Shown here: positions 7,842 to 16,102 of the stretch, one piece after another
How positions within the stretch are numbered: position 1 is the first letter of the stretch
Layout of the letters: the number at the start of each line of letters is the position of its first letter
Source: an uncultured archaeon
GTDB taxonomy: Archaea > Asgardarchaeota > Lokiarchaeia > Sigyniarchaeales > SOKP01
Reading direction: 5' to 3'
DNA: 19,151 nucleotides
Assembly (NCBI GenBank): GCA_964525635.1
Contig: CAZGJX010000061.1
Location: 6,297-25,447 of the forward strand
Notes under the pieces: model-generated
What the model was told of the DNA's origin: nothing
Database searches by the model: none
The model's input: only the letters and a program-made list of their open reading frames with translations
Made by a program: the position numbers and the translations under genes

Positions 7842-10781
7842 TTATTTCCCTCCTTTTGTAATTTTATTTTCTTTTGGTATAGTTTCTTTTTTTATAAGTA
7901 CTGTTGATATGTTTTGATCCTCAAGGATTGTCTTAATATACTCAGTTCTCCCTCCAAACATTTTTGATTTAGGTTTTTTACGTTTACCTATTTTCTTTTT
8001 CAACTTTCTTATTTTTCTTACAGTTGGCGGATATTTAAGTATCTTTTGATAGATTGCAAAATAAGCACTCAGACCAACTATTACTAATCCTAAAGCCACA
8101 ACTACCCATAAATAATTAAATGGTTCTGGTCCAGGTGGAGTAACTGGTGTTATTGCTTGTATTACTATTTCAATTGTATCAGTAGAATAATCACCCTGCT
8201 CTACATAGGTTATTGTTATTTTATGGTTTCCTTCTTGCAAATCATTTAAAGTTATCTCATAAATTCCAGGACTTATTTCATTGAATATTCCATTATCAAT
8301 AAAATCAAGAACATCATCACCATCTAAATCATATTCCCATACATAAGATAAAAATGCTCCCGAAATTGTAGTATTATCATATATATCATAAAGATTTACT
8401 CTTAATGTGGGAGATTCACCAGTTTCTATTTGTAATACCCCTCCACTTATATTAATAGGTCTAATTTCTGTGGTTATTCTCTCAACTATTATTGTAAAGT
8501 CCTTGGTAAATCCTGTATAATAACTCGTTCCTGGTGTAGTAAGAGTTAAATAATTAGTACCGATATCCAAATCTTCTGTTGTATTGATATTAATTGAATA
8601 ATGATTTATTTTTTCTTGAAGATTACCTATAAATTTCCCTTCTTCTGTTAATTCTATAGAAGCTCCAGGAACATGTTGTGATTGATCCGTTTGATTTCTA
8701 TATACTATAGTAATATTAACAAGTGATCTAGTTGAAATTGTTAGCGATGGTTGTGATGTTCTATCAGCATCATTTAAAAATAACCAATAAGTTGAAATCG
8801 ACTTACCCTGTGTAGTTGAATTAAAATTTAATAGATAAGTATTAAAAGAATAATCTGAACCTGCCGTAGCGCTTATTGTCATTGAATAGTATCCATCATC
8901 TTCTATTAAAATTGTTGCGTTATAGATACCATCATTATTTGGATCAGTAAAAACGCCATATCCAAGCCCTCCTGTATAAGTTACCGTTGCTCCCTTAATA
9001 TATTCATCATTATCAGTATCATTCAGAATTAATTGGACTAAAGTTGGTTGATTGGTTAATACATTAATTTCATTATCTTCAGTCCCAAATCTCTTTATCT
9101 CTCCAACCAATTTTCTAACATTAATTGTCTTTGGACTTGCCGCTAAATCATAATTTTTCTTACTTGCCTGTATCACAATGTTATTATCTCCCTGCTGGAA
9201 GTCTTCTGTGGTATTGAGAGTAATTTCATATTGATTTGAAACTGGATTAAGATCTCTAAAGATATCTCCCGTAATCGATACATCAGCTCCAGTAATACGC
9301 CCTGATGTCTCATTTAGATAACGCACAACAATATCTAAATCTTCTCTAACAGGATACACCAAATATGGGGTCGCGGTCACATCTTGTCCATTAATTAAAA
9401 TTTGAAGCGATGTAGAATAGTCATCAAAATAGACGGTATATTCTATCTCCAGAGATACATCATCAATTGAAACTTCGATAGTTTCATTTAAACTAAATTC
9501 ATCAGCGATGTATATTTCAATCGAAACATTAACATCATCTTTACCACTAATAAGATCCACAAGATTTAAACTAGCTTGATCCCAGCTAGAAGTAGCCAAA
9601 TTTAATTTCCTTGAAACATAATTTGGGTCATTATTAATTGTGACTCTTATTTCTGAATTTTGTGATGCTGAAGGCCAATATGGTTCAGCTTTATAAGAAA
9701 AATTGCATCGAGCATAATCAATTGTATAGTAGTTATAGCTACTTATTCCATTAGCCAATATATCATCATTAATACTTCCACAAGCTTGATTTAAAATTAT
9801 ATTAGTTGATTGATCAATGATTTTCTGATATGTAAAGGTTAAATTTACATAATCTATGCTTAAAAAATCCCAATAATCCTCTTCTTGCCCTTGAAAATTA
9901 TCAGCAGAATAGATATATATTCCTAAAATAACTGTAAAATTTGTAGAATGTACTTTTAAAACATTTGATAATGAATCAATTATTACTTGTTCATCTCTAA
10001 TTTCCATAGGTCCATTAAGATAATCAGTGCCTCCTACACCATAAGGATCACCATAACCAAATTCTACTGTTTGATTTGAACCAACTTCATATGTATTTAT
10101 TTTATCGGTATTCAAATCAGAAATTTCAATGTAAAATCGACAAGAGTCATAACTCTCTCCCTGATTTATTGGATCTCCATCATTATTTGCATCATGACCA
10201 TCAATATCATCTTGAGGTGTATCTATATTATAATCTACATAAGCATCTATATTTACTTCTAAAGATGCTGAAGTAATTTTATAATCGTCCATAGGTTGAT
10301 CCATATTTACATCATTCCTAAAATGTATTATTGGAACTTGATCTGCACCAGTATCATCAAATTGATGACTACACCATACCCCGTTATTGTTCACCCCATA
10401 ACCACCATTTGGTACAAGTGGATCTTCAGGTTTACTAAAAGGTATCCAATCTGAATAAGATGATGAACTAAGAATAATAGATTTTGATTCCTCAGATCCT
10501 AGGATTTGTGTATTATATTCTCCACTATCGATATTTGAACTAATATCGTTTTGATCTCCCATTCCTTCTTCTATAATCCAATCATCACTAGTAACAAAAT
10601 TACCATTTGTTATCCAATTTCTTAATGGTATTATTTCATCTCCAGCATTCCCAATATTATTAATATCATCAATTTCGAGATTCTTATTGTTTACAGGTAT
10701 TTTGAATAATGAAAAAAATAAGGGTATAACAATCAAAAAACCTAAAATAAGACATTTATTTCTTTTATTTAGTAAAATCAA
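7842..10781 (-). CDS. Large membrane-anchored cell-surface protein (signal peptide, beta-sandwich/Ig-like repeats, C-terminal TM helix, basic cytoplasmic tail)
   Basis: Basic-then-hydrophobic N-terminus and many N-x-S/T sequons. It has four Ig-like domains, a Pro linker (TPVTPPGPEP), a TM helix (YLWVVVALGLVIVGLSAYFAIY) and the tail YPPTVRKIRKLKKKIGKRKK. The TTG start is supported by AGGAGG 8 nt upstream. Confidence 0.88.
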   Translation of the reverse strand: MILLNKRNKCLILGFLIVIPLFFSLFKIPVNNKNLEIDDINNIGNAGDEIIPLRNWITNGNFVTSDDWIIEEGMGDQNDISSNIDSGEYNTQILGSEESKSIILSSSSYSDWIPFSKPEDPLVPNGGYGVNNNGVWCSHQFDDTGADQVPIIHFRNDVNMDQPMDDYKITSASLEVNIDAYVDYNIDTPQDDIDGHDANNDGDPINQGESYDSCRFYIEISDLNTDKINTYEVGSNQTVEFGYGDPYGVGGTDYLNGPMEIRDEQVIIDSLSNVLKVHSTNFTVILGIYIYSADNFQGQEEDYWDFLSIDYVNLTFTYQKIIDQSTNIILNQACGSINDDILANGISSYNYYTIDYARCNFSYKAEPYWPSASQNSEIRVTINNDPNYVSRKLNLATSSWDQASLNLVDLISGKDDVNVSIEIYIADEFSLNETIEVSIDDVSLEIEYTVYFDDYSTSLQILINGQDVTATPYLVYPVREDLDIVVRYLNETSGRITGADVSITGDIFRDLNPVSNQYEITLNTTEDFQQGDNNIVIQASKKNYDLAASPKTINVRKLVGEIKRFGTEDNEINVLTNQPTLVQLILNDTDNDEYIKGATVTYTGGLGYGVFTDPNNDGIYNATILIEDDGYYSMTISATAGSDYSFNTYLLNFNSTTQGKSISTYWLFLNDADRTSQPSLTISTRSLVNITIVYRNQTDQSQHVPGASIELTEEGKFIGNLQEKINHYSININTTEDLDIGTNYLTLTTPGTSYYTGFTKDFTIIVERITTEIRPINISGGVLQIETGESPTLRVNLYDIYDNTTISGAFLSYVWEYDLDGDDVLDFIDNGIFNEISPGIYEITLNDLQEGNHKITITYVEQGDYSTDTIEIVIQAITPVTPPGPEPFNYLWVVVALGLVIVGLSAYFAIYQKILKYPPTVRKIRKLKKKIGKRKKPKSKMFGGRTEYIKTILEDQNISTVLIKKETIPKENKITKGGK

Positions 10782-10789
10782 AATAGTTT

Positions 10790-10795
10790 CCTCCT
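10790..10795 (-). promoter_or_regulatory. Shine-Dalgarno site (AGGAGG) for the surface protein gene
   Basis: The minus strand reads AGGAGG-aaactatt-TTG. Confidence 0.75.
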
Positions 10796-11266
10796 AATAT
10801 CAATTTGATTCTGTTAATTTTATAATATCAAATAAATAGTTTAATTCTATAAATCTTATACATATTATATTAATATAAATATAAATACTTATGAGATATA
10901 AAAATCTTGCTAAAGATTAATTTAGTATTATATAATATCCCTAATTTAAATTTTTATTAAATTATAAAATTCTAAATAGAGAATAAATAGAGAATAGTTA
11001 TATAAATTTATATTTAGTGAATTAGAAGATTTAAATTTTAATAAAGGATATGGTTTTATTATAGAAATAAACAATAGCAACTTAATCTGGTTATTGAATT
11101 ACATATTAATTTGTTTATCTTTTAGTATTTTCTTTATTTTTGAAATTTATATTAAAATATAAAAATCTATTAGAAATTGTTTAATTTAAGAACAGAATAA
11201 AATAAGTAACAAATTAATAATAAATTGCGATTAAGAATTTAAAAATTAGGTGAAAAAAATTTTTAT

Positions 11267-11722
11267 TTAATCTGGAGTTAATTCGTCTAGATCACTTAAA
11301 TCTAGTCCTGAATCAAAAGTATCTGGCACTTCTGAAAGGAATTCATCCAAAATTTCTCTTAACTCATCTCCTGATCTTTTTAGAATGAGTCTGACTAATC
11401 CAATATTAATATCTGGATCAGATATCAAACACAAAACTCCTTTTGGACCACAACTAGCAGCGAAAATTTTTCCACCTGAAAATTCACTAGTAACAATATC
11501 TAATGCCCCTAATTCCAGATTTTTACCTTGTTCTTCTGATGCACAAAAAACTGCACTCGCTATTGCACCAATTCCGTCAACATCTGCAGGGAAATAAGAA
11601 AATTTAGAGACACTTGCAATAGTTAATCCTGTTCTGTCTACTAAAATAACTTTTTTAATTCCGCTCTCTGATTTAATAATTTTACTTAATATATTATCAA
11701 AAGATTTAGTATCAACACTCAT
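11267..11722 (-). CDS. Roadblock/LC7 (MglB/LAMTOR-like) domain protein with an acidic C-terminal tail
   Basis: GIKKVILVDRTGLTIAS...IGAIASAVF...LELGALDIVTSEFSGGKIF...NIGLVRL is a canonical Roadblock pattern. The tail is EVPDTFDSGLDLSDLDELTPD. Confidence 0.93.
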   Translation of the reverse strand: MSVDTKSFDNILSKIIKSESGIKKVILVDRTGLTIASVSKFSYFPADVDGIGAIASAVFCASEEQGKNLELGALDIVTSEFSGGKIFAASCGPKGVLCLISDPDINIGLVRLILKRSGDELREILDEFLSEVPDTFDSGLDLSDLDELTPD

Positions 11723-11962
11723 TTATATTTTACACCAATCTTTTTTATTTTTTTTTGTTATTATATAAATTATTTAGCGTTATTACTTAAAAATTATTAT
11801 TATTATAATATAGAAAAATTTTCTATATAAAAATATGTTTTTGTTTTAAATAGGTAAAGAATAATCATAGGAAAAATAGGAAAGTTAGATTTTATTGAAA
11901 TACTTAGTAATATTTTAAGATAATAAATAATACATAATTCTAAATGATTCAATTATATTATT

Positions 11963-12724
11963 TTAAAGAAGATTTTTATCTTTAATTATCTCTCTATAAT
12001 GATCTCTTTCTCTTCGAATTATTTTAATTTCTTTCTTTAATTCTATAATTTCTTCTTTAATATTTTCTTGGATTTCTCCTTTAGAATTTACCTTATCTTT
12101 GAGTCCTTTTAGATCTAACTTTAAATCTGCTATGGTATTCAAATGTATATCATTGCTATTCTCCAAATCACTGATCTTTTGGTTAGAATCCTCATTTTCT
12201 TGATAGGATTTTTTTATTTCAATCTTCAATTTTTCATTTGTTTCTTTTAGGTCATTAAATACAGATAATTCCTCTTTCAAAGTATTTATTTCATCGGTTT
12301 TTTTCTTTATTTCAATTTCTAGTGTTTCTTCCAATTCTTTTATCTTTCTTTCGTTATTGATTGCTTGTTGTTTAATTGTTTGATTTAAATCATTAATTAG
12401 ATTTTCCTTATCTTTAACAACCAAATCCTTATTTTGGATTTTTATTTTAAAATTATTATTCTCATTAATTAAATCAGAATTATTTGATTTAAGTTCAATA
12501 ATTTGATCTTTTAAGTCACTCATTTCTTTATTTAACTCGGAATTAGCCAAATCTAAATTATTGATTCTAGGTTCTAAATCTTTAATTGATTGATTTTTAA
12601 GATTTAAAGTCTCTTCATTTTGATCTAATTTGTTTTCACTCGAAATCTCTTGATTAACATTATTATTATTATTTATAAAATTACTTTGGTTATCATCATC
12701 CTTTTCTTGGGTCATTTTAATCAT
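11963..12724 (-). CDS. Coiled-coil protein of unknown function
   Basis: Asn-rich disordered N-terminus followed by continuous heptad-like K/E/L/I sequence. Confidence 0.75.
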   Translation of the reverse strand: MIKMTQEKDDDNQSNFINNNNNVNQEISSENKLDQNEETLNLKNQSIKDLEPRINNLDLANSELNKEMSDLKDQIIELKSNNSDLINENNNFKIKIQNKDLVVKDKENLINDLNQTIKQQAINNERKIKELEETLEIEIKKKTDEINTLKEELSVFNDLKETNEKLKIEIKKSYQENEDSNQKISDLENSNDIHLNTIADLKLDLKGLKDKVNSKGEIQENIKEEIIELKKEIKIIRRERDHYREIIKDKNLL

Positions 12725-12815
12725 TTTATTAAATTTTATATTAAAAATAGATATAAAAATATTTCAAGATCTCTAATATGAATTAAAAAATATAACTTAA
12801 TAAATTAATTTAATT

Positions 12816-14363
12816 TCAATTATAAATCTGTGATAATCCTTTCTCAACTTCTTTTATATCTTTAGCAACATAATAATTATTGAATAGAAGTGAAAAGAAA
12901 TTTCTAACCTCTGGTGTAAAATATTTATTTCCATACCTACTCAAACTGATATAGTATTTTAATGGAGCAAGTAAGAAGATCCTATTTTTTACAAAATCTT
13001 TTAAATACAAAGGAATTTCTACAGAGGTTGTTGGCTTGGTAGTTGTGAGAAGAATATTATCATTTAGTTCACTCCAATTCTGATTGAACTCTAACAATAA
13101 ATTCTTGATATCAATTTTATTATCCGCGATTAATTTAGATAAAGCAGTTAGGGCTGTAGTATAAGCATTTATATTACCATCTTTATAATCTGGAGTAGAT
13201 ATTATTGTAGTTGTTAAGTTTGTTTCAAATTTTCCCATTTGAGTTAAATTATATTCTGGAAGAATTCTAAGTTGATTAAGACCAAGAATATTTTTCGTAT
13301 CTTCTATTTTTCCACCATTATCATAAAAATCTTTATTAAATAATTGTATCAATAACTTTTCAGCATGAACTTCCCCAAAATAAGGATAATCGGTAGCGAA
13401 TAATAGATATTCTGACCAATCTCGATTATCTACTACATATTTATTATTTGATTTAAACCATCTTCGAAAATCAACTAAAAAGTTTTTTGCACCTTCACCA
13501 TGAAGCATGGAAAGATCTCCGTATGTATTGGGTTGCACAATTGTATTGTAAACTTCATGGTCACCTACATTCCCTTGAGCAAAATGAGCAATGATTACTT
13601 TAAAATGTGGCAATAATTGAGGTAATTTACCTTTTAAGTAATTTCTTGTTGATTTAATCAATTCACCAATATCCATAATTGTTTTTTTTCCTCTTGTATC
13701 AAATATTATTGGCATTGAGTGTCTAATTGCTTCCATCAATATTGGAATTGGCTTTTCTGACGTAACCTTTTCAACCCATCCTTCGGATCGAGGATGTAAT
13801 TTCAAACCCCTTAATCCAAGTACTTCTCTAGCATATCTTACTTCTTTTACAGCTTTTTCTCCTTCCATCGGATCTACTCTACCATATCCAATCAATTTCA
13901 TCGAAAAAGGAAATCGAGTTGTAAACCGAGAAACATTAAGATTACTAGCACGGTATAGCGCTTCTGGTTTTTTATCACGAAAGATATCCTGAAATGGAAA
14001 TACTACTGCTTGGTCTATAAAATTATTAAATTTCAATTTTTCTTTTATTTCGGAATATCTCTTTCCTAAGGTTTCTAATTCCTTAAAAATATTATATGTA
14101 AAAGGGTGAGGTTCAAAAGAAAATGAGATATTCGTTCTCTGATTATCAATAGTAGTCATAAAAGATTGATTTCCAGTTTTATTCCAATCATCAACAATTT
14201 TTCCCTGAATTTTTGACCAAAAATCAAATGTCCCCGTTCCTGGAGCAAGAGGATTCATCATAGAGGCTCCATCAACATCATTTCCTAAATGTGAATGAGC
14301 ATCAATTACAAAAATTCGCTCTACTTTTTTCCTTCCACTTTGTTCTACATTTGCGATTAACAT
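12816..14363 (-). CDS. Metal-dependent amidohydrolase (Amidohydro_2-like TIM barrel) with a C-terminal extra domain
   Basis: Motifs IDAHSHLG, GYGRVDP, GLKLHP, IIAHF and LLFATDYPY. Confidence 0.9.
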   Translation of the reverse strand: MLIANVEQSGRKKVERIFVIDAHSHLGNDVDGASMMNPLAPGTGTFDFWSKIQGKIVDDWNKTGNQSFMTTIDNQRTNISFSFEPHPFTYNIFKELETLGKRYSEIKEKLKFNNFIDQAVVFPFQDIFRDKKPEALYRASNLNVSRFTTRFPFSMKLIGYGRVDPMEGEKAVKEVRYAREVLGLRGLKLHPRSEGWVEKVTSEKPIPILMEAIRHSMPIIFDTRGKKTIMDIGELIKSTRNYLKGKLPQLLPHFKVIIAHFAQGNVGDHEVYNTIVQPNTYGDLSMLHGEGAKNFLVDFRRWFKSNNKYVVDNRDWSEYLLFATDYPYFGEVHAEKLLIQLFNKDFYDNGGKIEDTKNILGLNQLRILPEYNLTQMGKFETNLTTTIISTPDYKDGNINAYTTALTALSKLIADNKIDIKNLLLEFNQNWSELNDNILLTTTKPTTSVEIPLYLKDFVKNRIFLLAPLKYYISLSRYGNKYFTPEVRNFFSLLFNNYYVAKDIKEVEKGLSQIYN

Positions 14364-14412
14364 TTTCTTATGCTCTAAATAATAATTATTTTTTTTATAT
14401 ATAAGAAGACAA

Positions 14413-16047
14413 TTATATTCTCATCTCTTTTGGAAGAGATAATGTTCCTGTCAAGGGATTATTTACTGGGTCCTGACAATACATAACTGTGAAGTAAATT
14501 AAATCCCATAATATATTTGGATTTTCACCACTTTGTAATTTATGATTGTATAATGAGAGTTGATATTCTGCTTCAGTTATAGGAGGTTCAGCATAGCTTA
14601 CACTGCCAAAAACACTTTGTAATAAGGGTTTTAAGAATGGTGAATATAGGAATCCTAATTCTTTTAGTTCATCTCTAATATAGAAAAACATCCTTTGAAC
14701 TGCTTGCATCATATATCTTGTAGGGTTTTCTCTTGGACCTAAATACTGTTCTGCAAAATTAGGATCATATTTTCTTAGAAAATCATGAGTTAAATTTGGA
14801 GCAGGTCTAAATAAAGAAATTAAGCCTCTCTCAATTGCTCCTTTACGATTAAATGTGATTGTTTCACTCCCTGCATCGGGAACCCACTTTTTATGTTTGA
14901 TAAGTTTTCTAGCCTTTAAGCAGAGTGCTTGTATTATTAATCCTATTCCAATTCTCCTACAAATAGAAACCTGAGCATCACATACACGTAATTCAATAGT
15001 TCCCCAATCTGTGAAAGGAAACAGGTCTTGGAAGCGGCCATCTTCCATACTAGCCTTTGCTACTATCTGCAAGAAAAGATTTTGTGAATTCATATCGGTT
15101 GAGGTTAAATAAGGAATATAATGTTTTGGATCATTGTTACTTAACATTGATGCATTATATTTTAATCTTAATGAACGTACACAATTTGGAGCAGTTATTC
15201 GGTTATTTATTATTTTCACTACATCTGTAGGTTTATTATTTATTATTGGTGAATTTGTTGAAAGAGCTATTATATGAGGGATGAAATTTCTAATCATACA
15301 ATACGCTTGTATTTTTTCTAATTCAGATTCAAATCCACCTAAATGATGATGATCTCCTTGAGTTAATCCCCTTTGATATTCTCGAGCAGAAGGATTAACG
15401 GCTGAAGCGATTATATGGAGATCTTTTGGTAAAGTATTCTTAGCAAGCAAAAATAGAGTACTAGCCCAATATGCGAGCTCTTCTACATATTCACAGGGCG
15501 GACTAACGAGTTCAAGTATATAGGTTATAGCTGTAACATTACCATCCCTCCCAAAAGTATCTATATCAACGTAATAATCTCCGACTTGGTATCTAATATC
15601 CATAACATAACCTTTTTCTATATCCTCTTTACCCCATGGTCTTGCTAATACTTTTTGCCTAATATAATCAGGTACAGGATAGAAATCTGAGCGTCCTTCA
15701 TATAAAATTTGATCCATTATCTTGATAGCATCTTTTACTATTTCTCTCATTCTAAAAACCATTTCATCACCATCAGGATAATTTCCACTATCATCAGCTA
15801 TAATTAACTCCATTTCCATTCCATGCGTAAAAGGTAATCGCGTCCAATGTTGTACATCTATTAAAATTTCCCCCCAAGATCTATCATCAATGTATACTTC
15901 TCTATAATCTGTACCTAAAAATAACTTATCATGAGATCTATCTATATGTCGTCCAATACTTCCTACTTTTGATGCTGCTTTTGAAGGTTTTATTTTATCT
16001 TTTTTACCTTTCTTCTGTTTTTTCATTTTTTTCTTTTTGCTTCCCAT
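14413..16047 (-). CDS. Glutamate-cysteine ligase family 2 (GCS2/YbdK-like) carboxylate-amine ligase with a polybasic N-terminus
   Basis: Motifs THGMEMEL (ExE), LELVSPP, GDHHHLG (HxH), ALSTNSP and GTIELRVCDAQ. Confidence 0.88.
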   Translation of the reverse strand: MGSKKKKMKKQKKGKKDKIKPSKAASKVGSIGRHIDRSHDKLFLGTDYREVYIDDRSWGEILIDVQHWTRLPFTHGMEMELIIADDSGNYPDGDEMVFRMREIVKDAIKIMDQILYEGRSDFYPVPDYIRQKVLARPWGKEDIEKGYVMDIRYQVGDYYVDIDTFGRDGNVTAITYILELVSPPCEYVEELAYWASTLFLLAKNTLPKDLHIIASAVNPSAREYQRGLTQGDHHHLGGFESELEKIQAYCMIRNFIPHIIALSTNSPIINNKPTDVVKIINNRITAPNCVRSLRLKYNASMLSNNDPKHYIPYLTSTDMNSQNLFLQIVAKASMEDGRFQDLFPFTDWGTIELRVCDAQVSICRRIGIGLIIQALCLKARKLIKHKKWVPDAGSETITFNRKGAIERGLISLFRPAPNLTHDFLRKYDPNFAEQYLGPRENPTRYMMQAVQRMFFYIRDELKELGFLYSPFLKPLLQSVFGSVSYAEPPITEAEYQLSLYNHKLQSGENPNILWDLIYFTVMYCQDPVNNPLTGTLSLPKEMRI

Positions 16048-16102
16048 TTTAAATACTGCCTACCTTTTTTTTTATAATACTCTACTTGAGATTTTTGAAA
16101 TA

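Noticed and set aside
10973-10994. Direct repeat TAAATAGAGAA x2 in the 485-bp AT-rich intergenic region
   Set aside because: There are only two short copies, probably from slippage. No ORF or structured RNA is evident in the region.
10076-11597. Short plus-strand ORFs 10076-10276 and 11385-11597
   Set aside because: They are antisense shadows of the surface protein and Roadblock genes.
14413-16047. Naming the ligase gshA, ybdK or pafA
   Set aside because: Only the fold family is supported. No Pup-like protein ending in GGE/GGQ, no proteasome genes and no glutathione genes are in the window.
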